Assembly: GCA_023515795.1 (NCBI GenBank)
Contig: JALGPX010000118.1
Span: 1 to 34,035, forward strand
DNA length: 34,035 nucleotides
Reading direction: 5' to 3'
Source of the DNA: Amoeboaphelidium occidentale
Taxonomy: Eukaryota
The number at the start of each line of letters is the position of its first letter. The first letter of the stretch is position 1. The position numbers and the translations under genes are program-made. The notes beneath the pieces are model-generated. The model made no database searches. It saw only the letters and a program-made list of their open reading frames with translations, and was not told the origin of the DNA. Positions 20,833-31,324 of the stretch are shown here, in pieces.

Positions 20833-21357
20833 ATGCAAAGAGAAATGGACCGCGTCTTGAATGCATTGATTTCAATGGTTGGCTTGAAACCGAACCAGAA
20901 AGTCAAAGGTAACAAGCGCATATATGTTGGAGTTGGAACTGGAGACTTCGATTCGACTGGCTCGTTTCATACCTCTTTCCTTAAATACTTTGTGAGAAAA
21001 GCAAAACCAATGGGTCTTACTATACTTGGTGTTGATGAATACTTTACTTCTCAAAAATGTGTTCGTTGTCACGACTTCACAGAATCACTGTCAATGAGAG
21101 CAAAACATTGCCCTAAATGCAAGGTGGTATTTCATAGAGATATATTGGCTGCTGGTAATATGTGTGCTGCATTATCTGCGATGTTGGAGAAGGGTGAACG
21201 TCCTGAATATTTGTGCAAGCCTCCTGATGATGAAACAGAAGAAGCGACAGAAGAACCTGTTCAAGATGTCAAGAAGAGTAGTATCAAAGGGCGCAACCCG
21301 AAAGAGAAAGACAAGCAAGAGGGTTTAAGAAGAAGCTCTCGACACAAAAAGCGTTAG
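20833..21357 (+). pseudogene. Fanzor (Fanzor1-like, TnpB-derived RNA-guided nuclease) C-terminal fragment, 174-aa open frame
   Basis: YVGVGTGDF; RuvC-II VDEYFTSQKC with the Glu next to the zinc finger; CVRC...CPKC; RuvC-III HRDILAAGNM. REC/WED and RuvC-I are missing. Confidence 0.87.
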
Positions 21358-21359
21358 AA

Positions 21360-21450
21360 AATACCGCAAAAAAGAAAAAAGGCCAACTGTCACGGAATCT
21401 GAACCGGATCGGCAGTCGGGAAACCCTTTTTAACATTGATCATGGATCAA
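21360..21450 (+). ncRNA. Candidate Fanzor omegaRNA scaffold / element right end plus flanking guide
   Basis: Directly 3' of the Fanzor stop. Nested stems: AAAAAGG 21376-82 with CCTTTTT 21425-31; ACTGTC 21386-91 with GGCAGT 21411-16; ATCTG 21397-401 with CGGAT 21405-09. Function is inferred only. Confidence 0.45.
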
Positions 21451-21810
21451 GTTGTCAGATTCAGTGGAACACTTATAAAAACTATCCATAGAGTCAGTTA
21501 CAGAATGCCTCAGATCGGCATATTGGATATCAAAGTATTTGCGAAACTAATAGAGGAACTATTCAAGTTGAAGAAATATATGGGCATCATCACTGTCATT
21601 TTCTCAATGATCAAGAGTATCACAGTGCGGAAACGGACAGAAGATCGTTGTTGTAAGGAATGCCAGCTGAGTAAAATGAGAGAAGAGAAGCTCAAGCTTA
21701 TTCTTTTTGTGCTTATGACTAAGAAGAATCAGGCGAAACGATGACAAGACCTCTCCATCTTCATGTGACTGAATTCTCACATTGATTTACTTAGACTTTT
21801 TACGTATATT

Positions 21811-24144
21811 CTATTGATCTTCTTCCGATTCTTTAATAAACAGGCTCTGTACTTCATTTCTTACATCTTGTAAGCGTTGGACTTGTCCTAGTTTGACCGA
21901 TAGCCCATCGCATGCTAATCCAACAGGAAAGTTGGTTTTGAGTTTTTCCTTTCCAGCTGAAGAATCCATGGCTTTTGGAAACCTTTGACTGAAATGTGTT
22001 AGCAATACTTCACTTGCTTCCATATCCCTCCCAATGTTCACTGCTTCACTGTAGGTGCTATGCATGCGCGCTTTGGCCTCTTGTTTCAAATCATCACTAA
22101 AAGTTGCTTCGTGTATTAAAAGAGTCTTTCCATTGAACCCATTACTTCTTAGTTTCTTAACACTGTTTACAAGATGGTGACATGGTCTGGTATCTCCTGA
22201 ATAAGTCACGGCAAACTGATTTTCTCCTTTGCTTCTTGCCATAGTAATTCCGTACGCATCCTCGCAATGGAACACAGGGAAACTTTCAATGGAATCTAAT
22301 CCAAGAACTTCTGCTGCGTCTTTCAACTCGCTCAGCGTTTGGTTATTATCTGTCATATTATTGTAAGTAATTTGATCACAAGTGATGAATTTCATTCTGG
22401 TCTCTGGCAAATCTTGGCACTGAGCATAGTCTCGAAGAAAAGCAGGAATTCCTTTCGGTGCAATAATGTGTAAAGTACTTTCCGTTTTTTCGGTAGCTTT
22501 CGACCATTCCAATAATACTCTAAGGAAACCCATATGATGGTCAGCATGCAAATGACTAACAACAATGCACTTCAATTGAGATAACGCATTCTTGATCATA
22601 TCTGGGCCAAATATTCTAGCCAACTGACCATAGCTTCCTTCGCCAACATCTAAAATAGCAGCACCTTTAGGAAAATTAACATAAATACCACTGACATTAC
22701 GATATTTTGAAGGAAGCATAGAGCCAGTACCTAGAAAAAGCACTCTGCAATCTGCCCTAGGATTTTGCGATATCATATCTGCTTTTCTATCACCAGAATA
22801 TAATCGAAACTTTGCTTCAGCTGGCCTAGCTTCCTCGTGGTTTAAGAATGACTTTGGCGTCACATCATAACGCAGAAGCAGGTTGCCACACTCAAAATTG
22901 AACCTAGCCTTCTTTCTAACAGATTCAATTTTTTCTTTGAAATCCTTCTTGCTCTGATGATACATAATTGGAAATAATTCTTTATCAATGCGATGTAGAT
23001 TAGTTTGCTGATTTGAAGCAGCTGTAAACTGCGGATAATCTCTGTTTGTATTCTTTGATAAAAGAATGTGTTCAACTTTAGTGCCGAATTGTTGAACAAA
23101 ACTATTGTACTCTTCATTAAATAAAAGCTGTTCATCATCTAGAATATGAACAATTGAAGAAACTTCTGCTCTTTTATCCAAAAGGGATTCTATATGAGAA
23201 TTAGCCAAAGATTTAATGTAGTGCCTTGATGGAAGGTGAAGAATTAGAATAATTTTTCCGGGTTGTGGAGGGCCAATAACATCTTGCGGTTTTATGATTC
23301 TCCCATCATTCAATGTTATTTCCTCGCCCTTCATCAGATTGCCTCTAATGGAACCATTAGGAACACCCAATTCTTTCGCCTTCTTGTTATCAAACTTTCC
23401 AATTAAATCATGCCCTTGTAGAATGTAACAAAGAGCACTATCATCTGGATACGTTTTAGGCAACTCTCCTTCTACAGCTGGAATAGGCCTACATGCAGAA
23501 TCTTCGCGACTGTGAACATGCTCCGACGTCCCAGAATCAACTTCCTTAGTCGTATTGGCATCTTCATCATGAGAAGCAAACAATCTACTCACGACTTCCT
23601 TGTTCTTTCTTACAGCATCCAAATGGCTTTCGTCGATAACTCTGAAATCATCATCCCTTCTAATAGGCACAGCCAGAATCTTAACATTCTCATCCTCGTA
23701 CTCATGCCCTTCAACACCAAACTCAAAGGTACTCAAAGGAAACTCTGGCCTGGACACAAAATGCCTGAATGACGCCATAAAGTGCGTTAAATTCGGTGGA
23801 CCAAAGAACCGAAACCCTTTGCGCGACATCGTTGCAGTCGCACCTTGAGATGTTTGATCGCTCTGTTGCGCTTGAATGCTATCCTGTATAGAACCAGACA
23901 TGGTCAAAATCAATCCGGGTATACCACCTGTATGTCTCCAGTCCATGTGTGTAATGAATATATTGCGCAACTTTCCCATTCTGATCTTGTGCGAGGACAG
24001 TAACCTCTGCGTGCCTTCACCACAATTGAACAGATACCTCTGAGAGTCAAAATGAACAACTATGGATGGCGTCGTGTCTGAAGTGTATGTGCCTAAGATC
24101 TGAATGTAAGATTTCATATTCCGTCTGCTTCTCAAAAATTGCAT
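21811..24144 (-). CDS. TRZ1: tRNase Z, long form (ELAC2/Trz1)
   Basis: YLFNCGEGTQR; exosite GKFDNKKAKELGVPNG; FLGTGSMLPSKYRNVS; SHLHADHH; YSGDTRPC; HEATF; HST; LTHFSQR. Confidence 0.95.
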   Translation of the reverse strand: MQFLRSRRNMKSYIQILGTYTSDTTPSIVVHFDSQRYLFNCGEGTQRLLSSHKIRMGKLRNIFITHMDWRHTGGIPGLILTMSGSIQDSIQAQQSDQTSQGATATMSRKGFRFFGPPNLTHFMASFRHFVSRPEFPLSTFEFGVEGHEYEDENVKILAVPIRRDDDFRVIDESHLDAVRKNKEVVSRLFASHDEDANTTKEVDSGTSEHVHSREDSACRPIPAVEGELPKTYPDDSALCYILQGHDLIGKFDNKKAKELGVPNGSIRGNLMKGEEITLNDGRIIKPQDVIGPPQPGKIILILHLPSRHYIKSLANSHIESLLDKRAEVSSIVHILDDEQLLFNEEYNSFVQQFGTKVEHILLSKNTNRDYPQFTAASNQQTNLHRIDKELFPIMYHQSKKDFKEKIESVRKKARFNFECGNLLLRYDVTPKSFLNHEEARPAEAKFRLYSGDRKADMISQNPRADCRVLFLGTGSMLPSKYRNVSGIYVNFPKGAAILDVGEGSYGQLARIFGPDMIKNALSQLKCIVVSHLHADHHMGFLRVLLEWSKATEKTESTLHIIAPKGIPAFLRDYAQCQDLPETRMKFITCDQITYNNMTDNNQTLSELKDAAEVLGLDSIESFPVFHCEDAYGITMARSKGENQFAVTYSGDTRPCHHLVNSVKKLRSNGFNGKTLLIHEATFSDDLKQEAKARMHSTYSEAVNIGRDMEASEVLLTHFSQRFPKAMDSSAGKEKLKTNFPVGLACDGLSVKLGQVQRLQDVRNEVQSLFIKESEEDQ

Positions 24145-24609
24145 AAACCAGAAATGATTTGTGAAGGTCCAGGGTTCAGCAAAAGGCTAGACAGGGAAAA
24201 TGCTAATGGGCAGCCGTCAAAAGTGCGTACGACGGAGCTTCCGTAATAACAAAGTTTAATTAGAAAGCTGTTTTATTTCTTTGCTTTGGTTGCACTCTTC
24301 TCAAGAGCCTTCAATGCCTCGACACCAGCAGGCTTATCCCCAGTCTAACAAAATGATAAATACTTTCGGAGCAATTCTAATAATTAAACCTTTGGCGTTG
24401 GTGGTTTGACATTCTTCAATTCCTTTAGGTATAATTCCTGAAGTAAATCTGGTTTACTTGCGCCTTAAACAGATGAGCGTGACCAGGAAATCTTTTAGAA
24501 ATACTTTTTGAAGAGAATCTGCGCAAAGCTGCTGTTGTGAGTCTGCTGGAAATCATTCTGCAAAATCAGAGTAAGTTTTTGCTTTTGGCTTGTCAAAGTT
24601 TTTGGGAGG

Positions 24610-25617
24610 ATGGAAAAGCTAAAAGAGAAATTATGCGCTGAGCTCAAACAGGGCTGCGGTGATATCGAAAAGTTTCTAGTGAATACCGGGAAGCAGGATA
24701 AGGCCAAGTTCTTGCACGATGTCGCTATAACATTTGTCGATTCTATTGGAGATTCGCGTCGTAGTGCTGATGAAGGTCAAGGTTATGGCGAATATGTTCA
24801 AGACTGCCGGATTATTGGTCGCTCTTTTCAGATTCTTCTTAGATCGAAAGCTATGATAAAGGACTTTCTTGTTTTGGAAACGCCCTGCTTAGATCATATC
24901 ATGTCAATGCAACTGTCATCCTCCTTGAGCAATACAGAGAACAGGAAGCAAAAGAATGAAAACGAAAACGATGCACTTATAAGAAACTACTTTCTTCAAA
25001 GTTATAACAGAAGGTCTACCGGAGACTCGATCATGGCTCAATGGTATGAAGGTTCAAATGCAACAACTAACGATGCCCTGATGCAAAAGCTTGAATTGTT
25101 CGAAAAACATTTCTTTGGTATTTATTCTGAGAGGTATCCGGAAGTTTCTGGTAATAATGAGAGAGCACATTTTCTTGCGCGCTCGGTGCTACGGCTGAAT
25201 GCATACATGAATGATCCACTGGTTCTAGATCCTCAAGAACATGAAAAGTTCCAAAAATACGTTTACATTCTGTACACTTACACAAAAGTACATTCCATCA
25301 CTTCTCAGGGCAGTGTTTCTACTACATTTGATACAGCCGAGTTAAATTTACCGCCAAAATGCCCAGAAAATTTAAAAGTGTTGATTTTATACTCAATTGA
25401 ATTGCTGTGGTTACTTAAAACTACTCCTTTGGCGCTGAGTATAATTTGTGATAAACTCTATCGATACTGCAAATTAGTTACTTCATGCTCTGGTTATTTG
25501 AGAGTGAAAGGGTTTGAAGCTAGAGAACCTTGGCGTTTAGCTTTCTTTCTAAAGGTCAAAGTCATTCTTGAGATTTTATTTGACTTGCTGCTTCTGGACA
25601 AAATAGATTTGATGTAA
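24610..25617 (+). CDS. Hypothetical protein, 335 aa. The true start may lie in an upstream exon.
   Basis: Long ORF whose stop lies 15 bp from the convergent neighbour, as for other real genes here. No family recognised. Confidence 0.6.
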   Translation: MEKLKEKLCAELKQGCGDIEKFLVNTGKQDKAKFLHDVAITFVDSIGDSRRSADEGQGYGEYVQDCRIIGRSFQILLRSKAMIKDFLVLETPCLDHIMSMQLSSSLSNTENRKQKNENENDALIRNYFLQSYNRRSTGDSIMAQWYEGSNATTNDALMQKLELFEKHFFGIYSERYPEVSGNNERAHFLARSVLRLNAYMNDPLVLDPQEHEKFQKYVYILYTYTKVHSITSQGSVSTTFDTAELNLPPKCPENLKVLILYSIELLWLLKTTPLALSIICDKLYRYCKLVTSCSGYLRVKGFEAREPWRLAFFLKVKVILEILFDLLLLDKIDLM

Positions 25618-25632
25618 ATCTTGCTCTGGGAA

Positions 25633-27654
25633 TTATCTTCGAAATCTACTAGCAACAAGAACTCCAAAGGCGGCAGCGCCAGCAATTCCAGTCCAAAATG
25701 CCCAGTTATTAGATAAGTTCAGTTTGTCTTGTCTAGTGCGATAATCGACAACAGTATCATCAACACTCCACAAATCTGGTGAAAGAGATGTACGTGAAGG
25801 CACTTTTCTATCCTGAGAGTTTGCTAGAACTGAGTTCAGAGGAACTTTCTTTCCGCTTTCAAATTCCACTAATCCTTCAACAAACAAGGACAAACGTGGC
25901 CAACCAAAGCTTCTAGCAATGTCAACAGCATCTAAAAGATCTCCATCAGCAACAATCAAAACGGGATCATTCTCTTCATCGCGATAAGAGAATCTGAAAT
26001 GATACATTAAGACTTTCTCATCTTCAGTCAATAATGGCAATTCTAGCTGAATTTTTCTTGCAGTTATAGACTGGAATTTGTAGTAATGATCCAAGATGCG
26101 TTCTTGCCTTTTCTCTGGTTCACATTCCATAACAAGCTCAAACCCAACCTTATTTAATACAGCCTCCAAAAGAGTAATAAACGGCGAACGACCCTCATCA
26201 GTGTCCATTCTATGACTGAATCTGTGCATTGTACCAGTAACAGGATCTCTGAATTTGAAAACAAAAGATGATCTATCCAATTGAGTAGGCATCATAGAAC
26301 TCATACCAGATTGAGATCCTTCCATGGATGGTGGTCGACCGATTAATCCACCTTTCTTGCGAACACGAGGACTATCGCCAGAATGATTAGAGACTGCACC
26401 AGAAACTTTCCTTGCAGTTCTTGTGCTACTGCCATCGTCAGAGTCTTCACCAGGAAAATCTGCAGCAGACCAAAACTGAGACCACAATGGATTATTTGTT
26501 CCATCAGTCTCATCCGAAGTTTTAGAAACAGCTGGAGTCAACGGGTTCATTGCCTGTTGCTTCAATAAAGTTTCCATAGTGGAATATGTCAAACTCAAAA
26601 CATCCACCATACCGACAACTTCATACGATGTCATGTCAGATGAAACGACAGGCAAATGCAAGTAGTGACCATCATGCATCTTTTTCAAAGCCTCATTAAC
26701 AGTCATACCATCTGTTGCAACATCAGGATTTGGAGTCAATACACGAGCAACACTAAGAGTTTTCGGATCATTATCGTTCGGTGCAAGAACTCTCAAGCAA
26801 ATATCTTTAGTAGTGAAGATTCCGCACAACTTTTGATTATTATAGACCAACACTGCAGTCTGTCTGGCCTGCTTCATCATAATTGCTGCATCCTTGACAC
26901 TTGTTTTGATAGTGACTTGTGGCGCTTCATGCATAGAATGCGTCAACATTGGTTCAACCATACGCGAACTCCAGTCCTGGAACCACGTCTCAACCTCAGG
27001 AGTGGTATGGAAATTCTGCCAACTTGAACGGAATTCTTGAAATGCTCTCTGCAACTGCTGAGCTTTGCCCCAAGAATTCTTGATCTTTGCCTGAATATGC
27101 TGAACAACTTTCGTAATATCCAAGAGCCCAACAATTTTAGATTCATCAACCACGGGTAAATGCCTGAAGTGCCCATTCAACATCTTATTCATAGCCTCAT
27201 CGACAGAAGCAGAGCTCTTCACAAACACAGGGTCTGGCGTCATGATCTTTCCAATTTTCGTTCTCAAAGGGTCCAGACCCTCAGCAACAACACGGTAAGT
27301 CAAATCTTTATCCGTAACAATTCCCAGCAAAGCAGATGCTGTTTCGGCGTCAGTAATTAAAACGGCGTCAACTCTTCGACCAGCCATCACACGAGCAACA
27401 TCAGTGACAGAGTCATTAACAGATGCAATAACAGGCAAACTCGGTTGCATGGCCATAACCGTTCCAGGGGTAACTATGGAGATCGACTTTAAGTTTCTTG
27501 CTCTCTGTCCAGAAGGCCCAGCAGGCAAAGGCGAATTCTCGTTTATGGGCAAAGAGCCTCCGTGCGAAGGAGAGCCTAAACTTTGCTTTCCATACTTTCT
27601 GCGCAAACTTTGGTCCTTTGATGATATTCTCTTCTTAGACTTTTCTGTTTCCAT
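25633..27654 (-). CDS. CBS-CBS-PB1 protein with a C-terminal membrane anchor (Mug70/CBSCBSPB-like)
   Basis: Four CBS repeats (GIVTDKDL, GHFRHLPVV, GIFTTKD, GHYLHLPVV); PB1 motifs FVFKF and SYRDEENDPVLI..DGDL; terminal hydrophobic helix. Confidence 0.9.
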   Translation of the reverse strand: METEKSKKRISSKDQSLRRKYGKQSLGSPSHGGSLPINENSPLPAGPSGQRARNLKSISIVTPGTVMAMQPSLPVIASVNDSVTDVARVMAGRRVDAVLITDAETASALLGIVTDKDLTYRVVAEGLDPLRTKIGKIMTPDPVFVKSSASVDEAMNKMLNGHFRHLPVVDESKIVGLLDITKVVQHIQAKIKNSWGKAQQLQRAFQEFRSSWQNFHTTPEVETWFQDWSSRMVEPMLTHSMHEAPQVTIKTSVKDAAIMMKQARQTAVLVYNNQKLCGIFTTKDICLRVLAPNDNDPKTLSVARVLTPNPDVATDGMTVNEALKKMHDGHYLHLPVVSSDMTSYEVVGMVDVLSLTYSTMETLLKQQAMNPLTPAVSKTSDETDGTNNPLWSQFWSAADFPGEDSDDGSSTRTARKVSGAVSNHSGDSPRVRKKGGLIGRPPSMEGSQSGMSSMMPTQLDRSSFVFKFRDPVTGTMHRFSHRMDTDEGRSPFITLLEAVLNKVGFELVMECEPEKRQERILDHYYKFQSITARKIQLELPLLTEDEKVLMYHFRFSYRDEENDPVLIVADGDLLDAVDIARSFGWPRLSLFVEGLVEFESGKKVPLNSVLANSQDRKVPSRTSLSPDLWSVDDTVVDYRTRQDKLNLSNNWAFWTGIAGAAAFGVLVASRFRR

Positions 27655-28056
27655 TCAAAGCGGATATGTTCCCAAAGGATTTCGACAAAGGCAAAACTCA
27701 AAGCGAAATCTGATTGGAGTTTCGACAAAACGGCAGTCACAAGTCCGAAGGGTTTCGAAACGAGAGTTAATAAGTGTAGCTAACTGTTACTGCGCTCAAA
27801 CTAAGTCCAGAGTGGATAATTAACACGGCGTATTAAATTCCAGCCTTACAAGAAACCACATCAAGGGAATGTTTCAGGTCATGCACACGAGATTCAATAT
27901 TTAACTCCAACTTAAAACATTGTTAAACTTCCTTTAAAAGAATAAATAGAATGATATCGCTTACAAAAGGAAATGTCTTTTGTGTTTTAAAGGCACATCT
28001 ACATGCGACATCGCCTATATTTGATTTCTTCAAGTTGAACAGCTGAGCCACTTAAA

Positions 28057-31000
28057 ATGCAACAGCCTCCACAGAGACCTCCGAATGGTTACGGTCCTCC
28101 TCCAGTTAATCAACCTGGACCACAGGGAATGAACAATAGGCCTCCTATGCCCATGAATCCGCAGAATCAGAGACCTCCAGGCCAGTTTCCTCCAGGGCAA
28201 CAGGGAATGTTTCGTCCACCGATGCCGCAGCAACCTCAACAACAGCCTCAATTTAGACCAATGCCAAGCATGCCTCCTAATGGACAACCTGTACAGCCTC
28301 CACCTGGACAGCCTCAAATGGGCCAACCGCAGTTTGGAATGAGACCGCCAATGCCTCAACAGCAACAAATACCACCGCCTGGGCCTCCTGGAACTGCTCA
28401 ACAAATTAATGATGCTGCAGATCAATTGGCTAGAATGCAGATGAGTAACGCAGTCGTTTCGGTATGTTTTCGATTAGGAAGTTGTTTTAATTTGTAGCCA
28501 CCATCGCACCGTCAAAGGAAGGCGTACCCATCACAAGCGCTTTCTCAGCAGCAGTCACAATTCTCGCCACAATTTGTTCCAACATCACAACAGTCAACGC
28601 CTTATCAGCAGCAGCCACAACAACAACCTGTTCCACCGCCACAGCAGCAGCAAGGTTATAATCAGTTCCAACAGCCTCCTGGTCCTCCTGGATCTCAATA
28701 TCCTCAACAACCACCTCAGCCTCATCCACAAAGTTCTGGAGCCGGTGCACCTCAAAGTTTCTTTGGTGCTTATTATAATCAGCCTCAGCAACAACAACCT
28801 CTTGGAGGCGGCCCACCGAAACCAAAAATTAATCCAGATCAAATACCTTCACCCGTAGTTGGACAATTGGCAGAGCAGGAAATGTGGCAGAATGTTGAGT
28901 ACAATACCGTTTCAGATGTTGTGCCTCCTGCTGCTTCAACAGACTTTGTTGCAATTGATAATGGTAACGCTAATCCAAGATTTATTCGGTCGACATGTTA
29001 TTCAGTTGCGACTACCAATGATATTGCGCAGGCTAGTCAAATACCAATAGGCTTGGTTATTCAGCCACTTGCTGAGATTAAACCGCAAGAGAGACAGATA
29101 CAACTAGTTGATCATGGGGAAACTGGGCCTATTCGTTGCAATCGTTGCAAAGCTTACATGAACCCAAATATGATTTGGTTGAATGGCGGTAGTAAATTTA
29201 TGTGTAACATCTGCGAGTTCACTAATGAAACACCTGAGAATTACTTTGCACCGTTGGATCAGAATGGTTACAGAGTTGACTGGCATCAAAGACCAGAACT
29301 TCAAGCTGGTGTTGTTGAATATAAGGCAACGAAAGAATTTAGTACAAAGCCGCCAGTACCAGCAAATTTTGTATTTGTTGTGGACGTTTCGTATCCTTCA
29401 GTTCAAGCGGGAGTTTTGGGGTCATTTATTGAGGCATTGGAAGAAATCTTGGAATATTTTCCTATGGATGAAGAGTCAGAGGAATCTCCATGTTCAATTG
29501 GATTGATTACATTTGACAGGGTATTGCATTTCTATGATTTAAATCCAAGTTTGAGTCAAGCTCATGTTCATGTTGTCTCAGATGTTGACGATGTTTTCGT
29601 TCCTATTCAAACAGGTTTCCTGGTAAACCCACACAAGAGCGGTGAAATTATCAAATTACTTCTGAAGCAACTTCATGGACTTCACAGCAATCCGCGACCA
29701 GGAGTTGAAAATTGTTTTGGAGCTGCGATGAAAGCTGCTCAAGTTGCATTACAGAAAACTGGTGGAAGAATTATCTGTTTAAACCATTCTTTGCCTACTG
29801 TTGGACCTGGTGCATTGAAGGCACGCGAGGAAGCAAAACTTATGAATACTGAGAACGAAAGACAGCTTTACGTTCCTCAAGATAATTATTACATGAAGTT
29901 AGCCGATGAATGTGTCAATGTCGGTGCTGCTGTGGATATGTTCTTGTTTCCATCTGCTTACATTGATGTCGCAACAATTGGTGTTTTGTCCGGACTAACA
30001 GGGGGAAGATGCAGAGTTTATCACAGATTCCATCAAGAAAAGGACGGATTGTCGTTTACTCAAGATTTTCAAAGAGCCATAACTCGTCCATTTGGATATG
30101 ATGCCTGGTTGAGAGTAAGATGCGGAAATGGTCTTCGTGTTCATGAGCATTATGGTAATTTTTCAATGAGGAACTCTACGGACATTGAAATGCCACTTGT
30201 GGACTCAGAGACGGCGTTTGCAGTTCAGTTCAAACATGATGGAAACTTGGGCGACAATAAGAGAGCACAATTCCAAGTCGCGATGCTTTATACAACTCCA
30301 TTGGGTGATCGCAGAATAAGAGTAATTAATTTGACGCTTCGATGTACTAATGAAGTTGGTCAAATATTTAAATGGGCGGATTGCGATGTTACTCTTAATC
30401 TATTGTCCAAAGCCGCAGTTTCTCAAACTACTTCCCTTACTTTGAAGAATATTAGAGATAGTATTACTGAGAAATGTATTCTTGTGCTGAGTGCTTACAG
30501 AAAAATCTGTGCATCTGCTTCTCCTCCTGGTCAGCTTATTCTTCCAGATTCTTTCAAATTTTACCCTGTTTATGCATTGTCGATACTCAAATCAAAAGCG
30601 TTTAAGGCTGCAGTTGATATATCTTCAGATACAAGAGTCGAAGAGATGCGTGCAATAAGAAACATGAACGTGAGCACATCGATATCATTTTTCTATCCTC
30701 GTTTGTATTCCCTACATGATTTGGATGAAAAGGTATCATTTATTCTTGTGTGATTAACATTTTAGGCATGTGAGTACGATACTACAAGTAAATTTGTATT
30801 TCCAACTAGGCTTCGTACCTCTTGGGAGAAATTCTCTATGGATGGAATCTACTTGTTAGAGAACACAAAGTCAGTTATCATTTGGATAGGTATTCAAGCA
30901 GAACCTAAGCTTCTAACACAGTTATTCGGTGTTGATTCTATCCAAGCTGTTAATCCAAGAATGGTATGTACTACTTCACATTGACGCTTATTCTTGTAGA

Positions 31001-31236
31001 AAGTTTTACCAAAGCTTGACAACCCATTTTCAAAGAAGATAAGAGAATTACTATATTACATTCAAGAACAAGAAAGAAAAGGCGTTTATCCTCCTTTGGA
31101 GATCATTCGGCAAGGAGAGCCTACTGAAATGTACATGAAGCAATCGCTGGTTGAGGATGAGGGTTATGAGAGCATGAATTATGTTGATTACTTGTGTTTC
31201 GTTCACAAGCAAATACAGACTGCTCTTTCAGATTAG
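28057..31236 (+). CDS. SEC24: COPII cargo adaptor Sec24 (SEC24C/D-like); introns 28462-28497, 30733-30765, 30964-30999
   Basis: P/Q-rich N-terminus; PDQIPSP; GNANPRFIRST; zinc finger RCNRCKAYMNP...CNIC; vWA FVFVVDVS; RRIRVINL; terminal YVDYLCFVHKQIQ. Confidence 0.95.
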
Positions 31237-31324
31237 AGCCAACATTGAATAGATACCAGAATGTAAAATTTGCTCTTTAAGGCTTGCAGATCAAGTGAAC
31301 GAAATCAAAATTTATATTCCTAAA

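Larger units (their letters stand above)
20091..21435 (+). mobile_element. Composite degenerate mobile island: putative Fanzor-carrying element interrupted by a truncated Copia LTR retrotransposon. Boundaries are approximate.
   Basis: Unusually long gap between two convergent host genes, containing CCGG-rich repeats, an LTR plus PBS plus gag fragment, a Fanzor C-terminal ORF and a terminal stem-loop. Confidence 0.7.

Noticed and set aside
20529..21357. In-frame Gag-Fanzor fusion protein
   Set aside because: The gag N-part, the gag continuation and the Fanzor ORF lie in three different frames, and a stop precedes the Fanzor frame near 20807.
20833..21357. Active nuclease or bacterial IS200/IS605 contamination
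   Set aside because: RuvC-I and the N-terminal lobes are absent. It is joined to a Copia LTR among intron-containing genes, with no TnpA.
28030..28858. Antisense and alternate-frame ORFs over the SEC24 N-terminus
   Set aside because: Shadows of P/Q low-complexity codons.
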